From Malacoraja senta (lineage: Eukaryota): a stretch of 64,000 nt of DNA. The notes under the pieces were generated by a model. The model made no database searches and was not told where the DNA came from. It was given only the letters and a program-made list of their open reading frames with translations. Where the stretch lies: the NCBI GenBank assembly GCA_038087875.1, contig CM075989.1, forward strand, positions 1,550,001 through 1,614,000. Direction: 5' to 3'. This document shows, in pieces, positions 1 to 11,566 of this stretch. Each line of letters begins with the position of its first letter. Positions within the stretch are counted from its first letter, which is position 1. Made by a program: the position numbers and the translations under genes.

Positions 1-412
1 GAAAGCGTCGAAGGTGAAGGCAAGTCGAGCCGCCGGGAGAGTTGCTGTGGAAGACCGCGGGAGTGCGGGTAGCGGGCAGCCGCGTATCTCACCTACCAAG
101 TCGCTGCCGGTACGGCCAGTGATTTCAGACTTGGTGCCTCCTGAGAGCACCGTGGCTGCACCATTGGGGCGGAAAGCCACTAAAAAGTCTGCGCGGGCCG
201 TAGACTCGGATGAGTCGGGCCGGGAGGATTCCCCTCCGGTAATGGATAACGTCTTTGGACGTTGGTCCAGGATGGAGATCCTAATGGAGAGGATGCTCCA
301 CCAAGATACACTCCAACAGGAGGAGTTGTGTCGGCGCGGGTCTCCTCGGGGGCCCACGCCAGCGGCACCTGTATCAGGGCTGCTTAATGTCTCCCTCTTG
401 GAGGAGTAGAGA

Positions 413-1261
413 ATGCGGAGTCAGTTTTATTCTGACGCCGAGTCTGTGGGTTTAGCCGTGGAGCATACCCCAAGGGATGAAGGGCACGAGCCAGAGGTAC
501 CAGTCCTGGCAGCAAGATTTGCTATCCCAACACAAACAGGGGAGCCGCTGGGTGAAGAGTTGGCTGCAAGTATAAATTACCTGGCCTCACACCAGCTTCA
601 AGAGCATACTATGGATGAAACATCCAGAAAATATGAGATCCCTGTTAACTGTGTCCTGCTCAAAGTGCCGGCGGTTAACCACGCCATCTGGGGTCATATG
701 GGCGTAGGCATCAGAGCTCAGGAACTGAGGCTTCAGAGGGTTCTGAAGCTGCTCGCCTCAGGTATTACAGCGTTCGCCAAGTTGGTGGATGGAGGGCACC
801 TGTCTGATGTACAGCAGGATGCCCTGGCCCTCATGTGCAATGCACACTTTGAGATAAATTGCCTGAGGAAGAGCACCATCCGCCCTACCATCAACCCTAA
901 GTTCGTGGCTCTGTGCAAACCCAGCAATATCCAGCCACCAAATCTGCTGTTCGGTGAAGACGTCTCTAAAAGAGTCAAGGAGCTGGTTCGACGAGGCAAG
1001 AACGGTCGGACTCATCAAAGCACCGACGACCAGCAGAACCTCGTTTCGGCGACAGCATCCCTACAAACGGTTTGCTTAAACCGGTTCAGGGTAAGGACCA
1101 AGCCGGCCATTCATAAATATGCACAGCTGGCGCACTCCAACAGGGGCACGGGCGAACATGTCCTTACCCCCCAGAAACAGGGGGCAGAAAATGGTGGCAG
1201 ACACCAGGTCATGCAAATTCAAAGACAACACAGAATGGATGTTGAATCTGCATGTATTTAA
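413..1261 (+). pseudogene. DIRS ORF1 (gag-like), interrupted upstream by a stop at 407-409
   Basis: CNAHFEINCLRK..IRPTINPKF..LCKPSNIQ..NLLFGED matches the copy-2 ORF at 9292. Confidence 0.75.
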
Positions 1262-1640
1262 TGATATTGTTGTTCGGTATGGGATGCCAGATATCGATTT
1301 GTTTGCATCCAGACTCAATCACCAGTTACCGAAGTATGTTTCATGGGAACCAGACCCAGGGGCAGTAGCGGTAGATGCATTCTCGCTACACTGGGGTGGA
1401 ATGTTTTTATATGCATTTCCCCCATTTTGCCTCATCAGTCAGTGCTTGCTCAAGATCAAGCAGGACTCCGCCTCAGGAGTTTTGGTGGTACCCGACTGGC
1501 CTACATAGCCATGGTTCCCACTCGTTTTGGGGATAATAACACAGCCTCTTATGACTGTCCCGAAACGTAGTGACCTACTGGTGCACCCTGTAATGGGGAT
1601 CCACATCCTTTACATGACCGTATTGATCTATTGATTTGCG
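1190..1640 (+). pseudogene. DIRS N6-adenine methyltransferase-like domain (pol C-terminus)
   Basis: DIDLFASRLN..YVSW.PDP.A..VDAF...W...YAFPPF...VVPDWPT*PWF; in-frame stop at 1506-1508. Confidence 0.8.
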
Positions 1641-2613
1641 GATTCTGAGGAGGCCATACCTGGGGCTCAGACTATCCGATTGTACCGTGGATGTGATCAC
1701 TGCGGCCTGGATGGATAGTACCAAACAACAGTACATCTCTCATGTCAGGAAATGGGAGGTGTTTTGCTTACGGGGAAACATAACATTTCACACGGCATGC
1801 ATCTCAGATGTGCTAGAGTTTCTGTCAACGCTATACTTTGATGAAGGGTTGAGCTATAGTGCCATCAATAGTGCCAGGAGTGCCCTGTCATCATACTTAT
1901 GGCTGGGGTCGGAACAACACTCTGTTGGATCTCACCCTTTAATATCCCGGTTAATGAAGGGTATTTTTAATTCCAATCCCCCCAGGCCCAGGTATTCTGA
2001 AATCTGGGATGTGAGCATGGTACTCACGCTGCTTCGCCAGTGGGCTCCAGCCACATCCCTGTCTTTGCCCAAAATCACACTTAAGGTGGTCATGCTCATG
2101 GCGCTGGTTTCAGCACAACAGGTCCAGACGTTGCAGAAGCTGCGACTGGACAGGATGGTATCATCTGGAAATAACATAACGTTTTTCGTTTATGATTTAA
2201 TTAAGCAGAGTAGACCAGGGGTGCCAGGATTTAATTTTTCGGCATACCCCACGGATTTACGACTGTGTGTAGTTTCGCACTTGCAACATTATATCAAGGT
2301 GACCAAGAGCCTCAGAGGCTCGGAATCAGCATTATTTATTAGCCACAAAAAGCCGCATAAGAAAGTGTCGGTACAGACCATTTCAAGATGGCTGAAACAA
2401 GTTCTGGTTTGTGCAGGAGTAGACACTGACAATTTTAAATCTCAATCCACCAGGGCGGCATCAACGTCAGCAGCGAGGGCAATTGACATCCCTCTCGACC
2501 ATATCCTCGCGGCCGCAGGATGGTCAAATGAACTGACGTTTCAAAGATTCTATAACAAACCGCTTACCGAACCGGGGGTATTCGCCCATTCCATTTTAAG
2601 TTCTGTTTCATAG
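1636..2613 (+). CDS. DIRS tyrosine recombinase (open frame, catalytic R and H substituted)
   Basis: 325-aa ORF; SYSAINSARSALS, P.PRY..IWDV, (H>Q)STRAASTS, AAGW, FQRFY motifs. Confidence 0.88.
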   Translation: MRILRRPYLGLRLSDCTVDVITAAWMDSTKQQYISHVRKWEVFCLRGNITFHTACISDVLEFLSTLYFDEGLSYSAINSARSALSSYLWLGSEQHSVGSHPLISRLMKGIFNSNPPRPRYSEIWDVSMVLTLLRQWAPATSLSLPKITLKVVMLMALVSAQQVQTLQKLRLDRMVSSGNNITFFVYDLIKQSRPGVPGFNFSAYPTDLRLCVVSHLQHYIKVTKSLRGSESALFISHKKPHKKVSVQTISRWLKQVLVCAGVDTDNFKSQSTRAASTSAARAIDIPLDHILAAAGWSNELTFQRFYNKPLTEPGVFAHSILSSVS

Positions 2614-3120
2614 CTTCCCCCTGGGAGAGAGGGGTCGCTATTGTTTTTTCTTTGTTAAATAAACCATCAACATGTTCAAATCAATGCCATGGTTCAATGC
2701 ATTGTTTATTATTCACTCATCCTGGGTCAATTGATGCAGTGAGACGCCTGGATTCGTATCTATGACATGAAATCACAGAGCTTTGAAATCTTCACAGAAT
2801 CACTCATGTGACTGAAGTAAAATAGTAAGGTTAAACGAGAACTTACCAGTTTGAAGTTTGATCTTTATTTTATGAGGAGTTACGATGAGCGATTACGTGC
2901 CCTCTGCTTCCAACCCTAATATCACAAAGGTCATCTGGTAGTTCTAGGTTTCTAATCGTACTATGTTACTTCAATTACTGTTACCTGCGATTTCACACCG
3001 CTGCTTTGAAGATTGACCCACATGCGGGCTGGTGGGTTCTTCACGTAATCGCTCATCGTAACTCCTCATAAAATAAAGATCTAACTTCAAACTGGTAAGT
3101 TCTCGTTTAATCTTACTATT

Positions 3121-3842
3121 CTTAATGGGAAAGTAGTGGGTAGAAAGGCATGTCATGCGTGGTTTGAAGAGGAAAAACTTGTAGTTTACAATGCCAAAAT
3201 TGAAAAGTTGAGGAAAAACAAGGTGTACAGAGTTGCTTATTGGTTACAATCTGAGGAGTATGATGATGCTACTGATTATGATATGCCAATGTACCAGCTA
3301 GCAACTGATCTTCTCCATAAAGACTTGGTCTATTGCTAGAAATTGTAATTTATTTACCTATCTGTTATGGACTTACAGCATATAATACAATAATATTAAA
3401 GTTCTGATCTTGAGAATATCACATTTTTGAATTTTCAAGGCAGTCTGGGTGTTTATTACTATTTCCGTCACAACGGTCAATTTTGTAATTAGCTACAATT
3501 AGGTAATTAACTAATTATATGCTTTAATTTCAGGTCATCCAAGTAAGATGTTTATTATTTGTTTCAGAATGCTTCAATCTATATTAACTGAAAATTTCAT
3601 TCAGTTCTCTTAATTTTTAAGAAAGTTATGGGCTTTTGACTGTCCTCGATCACAGCTTTTGTCTTCAGTCAATGGAAAAGCAATAGGGAACAAGATGCTA
3701 ATTTCCGAGTATGAAAATGGCCATAACTTTTTTTAATATTGAAGATATGAAAGTGAATTAGGTGTCAAATTAAACTTCTTTTTATGCTTTATCTGATGGT
3801 ATAAATTGCAGACTTGATTTTTTAAATCTCAAAACATTGCTA
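3121..3842 (+). mobile_element. 3' part of a TAG..CTA DNA transposon with ORF C-terminus (3121-3339), interrupted by DIRS copy 1
   Basis: 3478-3842 is near-identical to 15787-16148, ending CATTGCTA; upstream lies a coding remnant. Confidence 0.75.
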
Positions 3843-3899
3843 TAGAAATGCTGCCTGTCCTGCTGAGTTATTGCAGCTTTCGGTGTCTATCATTGATTG

Positions 3900-4180
3900 A
3901 AGTTGACTGATGGGGGAAGTCAAGGATCCAGTTGCAAAGGGTAGTGCAGAGGCCCAGGCTTGGAGTTTGGTGATGTGTTTGGTGGTGTTGAATGCCGAGC
4001 TGTAGTTGAGGAACAGCAGCCTGTTGTATCCAGATGGTCCAGGGCTGGGGAGAGCCAGTTAGATAGCATCCACTGTTGACCTACTGTGGCGATAGGCAAA
4101 CTGACATGGATCCAGGTCAGTCCTGAGGCAGGGGTTGATTCACATCGTAACCCACCATTCAAAGCACTTCATTATGCCAG
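3900..4180 (-). pseudogene. Rex1/Babar-like LINE RT fragment
   Basis: Minus-strand KCFE..LDPCQFAYRHSRSTVDAI motif. Confidence 0.65.
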
Positions 4181-4374
4181 CTGTTTAGACGGAGGCCATT
4201 GAGACAGGTCAACTTGCCCTTCCTGGGCATCGGTAAAATGGATGCCCTTTATTCGTTCAGTATTCCTAATTTCTACATTTAATTTCACAAATGTTTAACA
4301 TTACTAAACACATCAAAATGTACCATTCTGCAGGATTATAGAAATACCCTTTGGAAAGTATAATCCCTTCTTCA

Positions 4375-4630
4375 ACACAGATTCGATCCTGCCTTCTGAT
4401 GCTTTCTGTGTAGAGTTTGCATGTTCTTCCTGGGACCAAGTATGTTAACTCTGGATGCTCTGCATTTCCTCCCACTTTCCGAAAATGTGCAGGTTTGCAG
4501 GTTAATTGGCTTCTATAAATTGCCCCTCATATGTAGAGGAGGTGAATGTGAAATAACATAGAATTAGTGGGATAACAGGTGATCGATGGTTAGGATGGAC
4601 TTGGTGGACTGAAGGGTCTGTTTCCATGCT
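4375..4630 (+). mobile_element. Degraded V-SINE (HE1-like)
   Basis: GAGTTTGCATGTTCT..TTTCCTCCCAC core and CR1-like tail. Confidence 0.65.
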
Positions 4631-4687
4631 TACATAGCAAAATAAGCAAGATTTGAAGAAACTTGCCAATCATTTTCGACATTTTCT

Positions 4688-4965
4688 GTTTAGTTTAGTT
4701 TAGAGATACAGCACGGAAACAGGCCCGTCGGCCCATCGAGTATACGCCGACCAGTGATCCCCGCACACCAACGCTATCCTGCACACACTGTAGGACAATT
4801 TCCAATGAACCTACAAATCTGTTCGTCTTTTGAGTGTGGGAGGAAACCGGAGCACCGGGCGAAAACCCACGCAGGTCACGGGGAGAACGTACAAACTCCG
4901 TACAGACAGCACAGTCAGGATCGAATCCGGGTCTCTGGTGTTGCAAGGCAATAACTCTACCGATG
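4688..4965 (-). mobile_element. V-SINE (HE1-like)
   Basis: tRNA head, V core, (CTAAA)n tail. Confidence 0.85.
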
Positions 4966-5273
4966 TGCAAAGTAATTTACTAATTAAATAGTAATTTAAT
5001 TAATGTATTCCCAAGGCAATAGTTTCAATGACAAGCGATCAGTGTAATCAGACTGTTTGTCACTTCCCTTAACCCCAGTTCTGGAGGGCACAATGTCATA
5101 ACAATGATGATGTGATAGTGATGTTTAAAAGATTTTAGATAGGCACATGGATACTGAGGGAATGGAGGGATTTGGATCATGTACAGGCAGCAGAGAGTAG
5201 TTTAACTTGGCATGATGTTTGGTGCACACATTGTGGCCCAAAGGGCCTTTTCCTGTGCCGCAGTGTTCGTGTT

Positions 5274-5637
5274 GAGGTCCACCACCGATTTTCTAGCAAC
5301 TGGTAGTCCGGCCCCTCGTTTAATCTGGATAAATTTCTGCCCAGAAGCCCCCCCCTACCCCTGAAAATGTGGCGCCTAGGTCGGGTGAGGTGACTGATCT
5401 CGACGTCATCGGGACTTCCGGGCCAATCAGCGGGTCAAATTTCTCGGCTGCGGCCAGGACTTCGGAATTCTGGCCCGACTGGAGCCGGCAGATTTGTTCC
5501 CATAGCCACCATAGCTGACTTTGCGGGTGGGTATCTCAACCCACCCAAGGCCGTGACCTCTGCTGGTCTGGCTAAATGGATATTCCGGTAAAATAAGCTC
5601 TGGAACCAAAGGTGCTGGAAAATCAGTGGTGGACCTG
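5274..5637. mobile_element. Tc1/pogo-like MITE
   Basis: TIR AGGTCCACCACCGATTTTCTAGCA / TGCTGGAAAATCAGTGGTGGACCTG. Confidence 0.7.
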
Positions 5638-5662
5638 TTCTATGTTCTAAACAGTACAGTGC

Positions 5663-8002
5663 TAAGAGAGAGTTAGATAGAGCTCTAGGGGCTAGCGGAA
5701 TCAAGGGATATGGGGAGAAGGCAGGCACGGTTTACTGATTGGGGACGATCAGCCATGATTGCAATGAATTCTAAAAGGGTTGACGGTGGACATGCAATGG
5801 AAGACATTTAAAGACTGCATGGATGAACTACAAAAATTGTTCATCCCAGTTTGGTAAAAGAATAAATCAGGGAAGGTAGTGCATCCGTGGATAACAAGGG
5901 AAATCAGGGATGGTATCAAAGCGAAAGATGATGCGTACAAATTAGCCAGCAAAAGCAGCATACCAGAGGACTGGGAGAAATTCAGAGACCAGCAGAGGAG
6001 GACAAAGGGCTTAATTAGGAAAGGAAAAATAGATTATGAAAGAAAACTGGCAGGGAACATAAAAACTGACTGCAAAAGTTTTTATAAATATGTAAAAAGA
6101 AAGAGATTAGTTAAAACAAATGTAGGTCCCTTGCAGTCAGAAACAGGTGAGTTGATCATGGGGAACAAGGATATGGCGGACCAATTGAATAACTACTTTG
6201 GTTCCATCTTCACTAAGGAAGACATAAATAATCTGCCGGAAATAGCAGGGGACCGCGGGTCAAAGGAGTTGGAGGAATTGAGTGAAATCCAGGTTAGTCG
6301 GCAAGTGGTTTTGGGTAAATTGAATGGATTAAAGGCCGATAAATCCCCAGGGCCAGATAGGCTGCATCCCAGAGTACTTAAGGAAGTAGCTCCAGAAATA
6401 GTGGATGCATTAGTAATAATCTTTCAAAATTCTTTAGATTCTGGAGTAGTTCCTGAGGATTGGCGGGTAGCAAACGTAACCCCACTTTTTAAGAAGGGAG
6501 GGAGAGAGAAAAGGGGGAATTACAGACCAGTTAGTCTAACATCGGTAGTGGGGAAACTGCTAGAGTCAGTTATTAAAGATGGGATAGCAGCACATTTGGA
6601 AAGTGGTGAAATCATTGGACAAAGTCAGCATGGATTTACGAAAGGTAAATCATGTCTGACGAATCTTATAGAATTTTTCGAGGATGTAACTAGTAGCGTG
6701 GATAGGGGAGAACCAGTGGATGTGGTGTATCTGGACTTCCAGAAGGCTTTCGACAAGGTCCCACATAAGAGATTAGTATACAAACTTAAAGCACATGGCA
6801 TTGGGGGTTCAGTATTGATGTGGATAGAGAACTGGCTGGCAAACAGGAAGAAAAGAGTAGGAGTAAACGGGTCCTTTTCACAATGGCAGGCAGTGACTAG
6901 TGGGGTACTGCAAGGCTCAGTGCTGGGACCCCAGCTATTTACAATATATATTAATGACCTGGATGAGGGAATTGAAGGCAATATCTCCAAGTTTGCGGAT
7001 GACACTAAGCTGGGGGGCAGTGTTAGCTGTGAGGAGGATGCTAGGAGACTGCAAGGTGACTTGGATAGGCTGGGTGAGTGGGCAAATGTTTGGCAGATGC
7101 AGTATAATGTGGATAAATGTGAGGTTATCCATTTTGGTGGCAAAAACAGGAAAGCAGACTATTTTCTAAATGGTGGCCGACTAGGAAAAGGGGAGATGCA
7201 GCGAGACCTGGGTGTCATGGTACACCAGTCATTGAAAGTAGGCATGCAGGTGCAGCAGGCAGTGAAGAAAGCGAATGGTATGTTAGCTTTCATAGCAAAA
7301 GGATTTGAGTATAGGAGCAGGGAGGTTCTACTGCAGTTGTACAGGGTCTTGGTGAGACCACACCTGGAGTATTGCGTACAGTTTTGGTCTCCAAATCTGA
7401 GGAAGGACATTATTGCCATAGAGGGAGTGCAGAGAAGGTTCACCAGACTGATTCCTGGGATGTCAGGACTGTCTTATGAAGAAAGACTGGATAGACTTGG
7501 TTTATACTCTCTAGAATTTAGGAGATTGAGAGGGGATCTTATAGAAACTTACAAAATTCTTAAGGGGTTGGACAGGCTAGATGCAGGAAGATTGTTCCCG
7601 ATGTTGGGGAAGTCCAGGACAAGGGGTCACAGCTTAAGGATAAGGGGGAAATCCTTTAAAACCGAGATGAGAAGAACTTTTTTCACACAGAGAGTGGTGA
7701 ATCTCTGGAACTCTCTGCCACAGAGGGTAGTCGAGGCCAGTTCATTGGCTATACTTAAGAGGGACTTAGATGTGGCCCTTGTGGCTAAAGGGATCAGAGG
7801 GTATGGAGAGAAGGCAGGTACGGGATACTGAGTTGGATGATCAGCCATGATCATATTGAATGGCGGTGCAGGCTCGAAGGGCCGAATGGCCTACTCCTGC
7901 ACCTAATTTCTATGTTTCTCTGTTTCTATGAATGGCGGTGCTGGCTCGAAGGGCCGAATGGCCTCCTCCTGCGCTTATTTTCTATGTTTCTATGTTTCTA
8001 TG
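5663..8002 (+). mobile_element. Short older CR1 3' end (5663-5765 and 7929-8002) interrupted by a young 5'-truncated CR1 (~5765-7929)
   Basis: The 3'UTR GATCAGCCATGAT..|GAATGGCGGTGC is split by the long copy; two (TTTCTATG)n tails. Confidence 0.88.
5879..7831 (+). CDS. CR1 ORF2 reverse transcriptase, 5'-truncated (no endonuclease)
   Basis: 650 aa uninterrupted; KSPGPD, NYRPVSLTS, YLDFQKAFDKV, QGSVLGP, FADD, LVRPHLEY. Confidence 0.95.
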   Translation: MHPWITREIRDGIKAKDDAYKLASKSSIPEDWEKFRDQQRRTKGLIRKGKIDYERKLAGNIKTDCKSFYKYVKRKRLVKTNVGPLQSETGELIMGNKDMADQLNNYFGSIFTKEDINNLPEIAGDRGSKELEELSEIQVSRQVVLGKLNGLKADKSPGPDRLHPRVLKEVAPEIVDALVIIFQNSLDSGVVPEDWRVANVTPLFKKGGREKRGNYRPVSLTSVVGKLLESVIKDGIAAHLESGEIIGQSQHGFTKGKSCLTNLIEFFEDVTSSVDRGEPVDVVYLDFQKAFDKVPHKRLVYKLKAHGIGGSVLMWIENWLANRKKRVGVNGSFSQWQAVTSGVLQGSVLGPQLFTIYINDLDEGIEGNISKFADDTKLGGSVSCEEDARRLQGDLDRLGEWANVWQMQYNVDKCEVIHFGGKNRKADYFLNGGRLGKGEMQRDLGVMVHQSLKVGMQVQQAVKKANGMLAFIAKGFEYRSREVLLQLYRVLVRPHLEYCVQFWSPNLRKDIIAIEGVQRRFTRLIPGMSGLSYEERLDRLGLYSLEFRRLRGDLIETYKILKGLDRLDAGRLFPMLGKSRTRGHSLRIRGKSFKTEMRRTFFTQRVVNLWNSLPQRVVEASSLAILKRDLDVALVAKGIRGYGEKAGTGY

Positions 8003-8084
8003 GTGAGGGAGCTGATCACAATCTCCGTGAAGGGGGAGGGCGGTGTGAGTTTAGGAGTCAGGAGAGTCAAGAGTGTTCAATTGT

Positions 8085-8220
8085 GTAGGAAGAACTGCAG
8101 ATGCTGGTTTAAACCGAAGATAGTCACACAAAAAAACTGGAGTAACTCAGTAGGTCAGGCAGCATCTCTGGAGAAAAGGAATAGGTGATGTTTCAGGTCG
8201 GAATCCTTCTTCAAACTGAC
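8085..8220 (-). mobile_element. Penelope pLTR-derived fragment
   Basis: Matches the Penelope terminus at 26770-26870. Confidence 0.7.
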
Positions 8221-9639
8221 TGTGGCATATATGGACAATAGTACAATGAAATTCTTATTTCCTGTAGACATAATAACACACAGATAAATGCAGAATAAAA
8301 ATACAATAAATTAATAAGCATTATTAAGGGAACTAAATTAATAACCATAATAATCAGTATCCAATTTTACTTCGGAGTCACGTGAGTGACTACATGAAGA
8401 ACCCCGCCAGTGCGCCTGCGCGTCCTTACGTCAGACGCCTTGACGCAAACGGACGTGGCTCCTCTAATGGATTTGTAGTTTTTTAACTACAAGGTAAGTA
8501 AAAACTTTTTTCAGTAAATTCAGGTCCGTTTACTGTGGGTCTATGGGGATTTTTTCCACAGACGCCATGGAAAAAACGGACAGGGGGAAGAGGCGAGCGA
8601 CTCAGCCGACAGAAAGTCGGGAAAGTCGGGAGTCTGCGGTTAGCGACCAACCGCCTCTAAACCCTGGTACAGTCGCCAGCGGTGAGCATAGCGACTGTGG
8701 ACCTGGGGCAGTCAGCGCCTGTCGGGCGCAAGGCCAAGTTCAAATCTACACGGCCCACGGAGGAGGAGTCCCAGGAAATGGAAATGGAAGAAGCTCTAGG
8801 GCTAGATACTGCTTTTAAGCGTATTGCTGAAATGGAAAGCCTGCTACATAGGCTGTTGGAACGAAGCACACTCAGGTAAGAGTGTACTGAAATCCAAGCT
8901 GATGAAAGCAGCTCAACAGCTCCTGGTACAGGGCTGATAGAATGCACCCTCAGGAATGCACCTTCAGATCCCGACTCTGACGGTGAGGCTGTACAAGGCG
9001 AAGAACGGCTGCTGCCAGATGTTCCATCCCTGGCAGTACGATTCGCTGCCCCGTCAGGGTCAGGAGAGCCATTAGGAGAAGAATTGGCCTCCCTAATAAA
9101 TTACTTGGTTTCCCATCAGCTGGAACAGCAGGAGATGGATGAGAATGCAAGAAAATATGAGTTGAGTATGAGAACTCAAGAATTGAAATTGCAGACAAAT
9201 ATCAAAGCTGCTGGGTTCTGGAATAACTGCTTTTGCCAGAATAGCGGATAAAAGCCAAGAGATGACGGAGTTGCATCAGTAAGCACTGGGGTTGCTATGC
9301 AGCACCCACTTCGAGATCAATTGTCTGAGGAAAGGTGCTATACGGCCTATTATGAATCCGAAATTCGCAGCACTCTGCAAACCAAGTAATATACAATTAC
9401 CCAACTTACTCTTTGGAGAGGATCTCGGGAGACGTATTAAAGAGTTGGAAGATGAAGCGAAAATAGGATTGATGAAAACATCAATGGTTGTAAAGTCTGT
9501 AAAGAGGAAGTATCCTTTCAGACGTCATACGGATCCTGGACCAGGACCAAGTCGCTCATTAACGCAGGGACGTAGCTGGCGGCCTGCAGCGGGAGCAAGA
9601 ACCAGTGGGGGTGCTTCCGGGCGAATCCAGGGATCTCAG

Positions 9640-11560
9640 AGTACTCAAATGACTCAAGAGGTAGGTGGACCTGGTTCTCATGGGAACATACTAATCGGAT
9701 TAAGTCCAAAAGTTGGAGGCAGATTACGTCTCTTCTATAACAATTGGAAGAAGATTACTTCAGATGTGGTAATTCTGAATAATATACAAGGATTTCGAAT
9801 TGAATTCAATCCAAATTATGATTTGACTGTCCGGCATGTTCCTAGCAGAACTCTCCACTTTGCACAAAAAGAAGTGATGGAGGTTCAAGCTGCGCTTCAA
9901 ACCCTATATATAAAAGGTGTTATTGAAGAATCAGTCTACCAAAGTCACCAATTTGTGTCAAATATATTCCCTCGATCAAAAAAGGATGGAGGATGTAGGA
10001 TTATTATAGACTTGACAAGTCTGAATCCTTTTGTTCATGTTATACATTTAAAAATGGAGACATTTGTACTGCCAAACAACTTATCTCAGAAGCATGTTTT
10101 ATGGCAACTATAGATTTAAAAGATGTATATTATTCAGTGTCTGTTCACTTGGAAGATATGAGGTATCTTAAATTTACATGGATGAACCAGTTAGGGCAGT
10201 TCAAAGCTCTGCCTAATGGGTTAACGTCCGCTCCCAGAATATTCACAAAATTGTTAAAATCAATTCTGGGGTTGCTGAGAAGCCAGGGGCATGTACTAAT
10301 GGCATACTTGGATGATGTCCTGATTATAGGAAGGACAAAACAGTCAACAGAAGCATCTGTTGCAGTGGTGAAATCAACTTTTGAAAGTTTGGGGTTTTCT
10401 AAATTCATCCAAAGAAATCAAGGTTAACACCATGTACTTCGATTGATTATTTGGGGTTCACAATTGATTCAGCCCAAATGAAAATTACTTTGCCCAGTGA
10501 AAAAAGGATGGAGTTGATTAAAGATTGCAGTAATCTGTTAAACGAGCAAAAACCCTTAATCAGACAGGTGGCTCGAGTACTGGGAAAATTAGTAGATTCC
10601 CAGCAGTCCCGTATGGACCATTACATTATCACCAGCTGCAGAGAGTTAAACAACAGGCACTGAGAATAAATGCTGTTCATTTTGATAGAACCATGCAACT
10701 AACAACAAATGCTGTTTCTGATCTGCAGTGGTGGATTCTACATGTCTCAAGCAGTTCCGGCAAAGTGCTGATTGAACAACCTTCCATGATATTACAAACT
10801 GATGCCAGTGCACTAGGATGGGGTGCAACTGACTTAACATCTAGCTGCGGAGGCAGATGGAATCATGAAGAGTCATTGTTACTGCAGACATGGGGAACTA
10901 ACTATTTGGTGCTTTTGGGATGTTTCTATGGACTCCAAGCTTATTGTTCTAACACAACTAAAAGGCATGTTCAAGTTCAAATTGATAAACACAACAGCAG
11001 TTGCCTATATTAATGATATGGGTGGAATTAAGTCGGTGTCATGTGACAAAATGGCTAATCAACTTTGGTCTTGGTGTATTGAAAAGAACATTTGGATTTC
11101 AGCTATCTATCTACCAGGTAGAATGAACACGATAGCAGCCACCAGGTCACGAAAGTTCCATGATAATAAAGAATGGATGTTGAATCGAGAGGTATTCAAT
11201 GATATAGTAATCAGATTTGGAATGCCCGACATCGACTTGAATCATCAGCTATCGAGATATGTCTCATGGGAACCAGATCCAGGAGCAGTGGCGATTGATG
11301 CTTTCTTGCTACATTGGGGTGGTATGTTTTCATATATATTTCCACCTTTCTGCCTCATAAGCCAATGTTTGCTTAAAATCAGGCAAGATGCTGCTTCACG
11401 TGTATTGGTAGTACCAGATTGGCCTACACAGCCATGGTATCCGTTGATATTAGAATTAAACAACACAAATGTTGATGAAAGTCCCAAAAAGGAGTAATTT
11501 ATTGCTGCACCCTGTAACAGGGGAACAACATCCATTATATGATCATTTGGATTTGTTGAT
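9640..11560 (+). pseudogene. DIRS pol (RT-RNase H-MT), several frameshifts
   Basis: VGGRLRLF..NW, IDLKDVYY, YLDD, TDAS, YIN.MGG, YIFPPF. Confidence 0.9.
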
Positions 11561-11566
11561 TTGCAG

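Larger units (their letters stand above)
1..3120 (+). mobile_element. DIRS1-type YR retrotransposon copy 1 (5' end outside window; RT/RNase H deleted)
   Basis: Gag-like ORFs 14-1261, MT-like ORF, YR ORF, ICR ~2788-2900, right terminus ending CTTACTATT at 3120; homologous to copies 2 and 3. Confidence 0.92.

Noticed and set aside
1119..2613. Bacterial/phage contamination (integrase plus MTase)
   Set aside because: Both are standard DIRS domains embedded among vertebrate repeats
6625..7443. Antisense and overlapping ORFs on CR1 and DIRS
   Set aside because: Shadow frames of RT coding sequence
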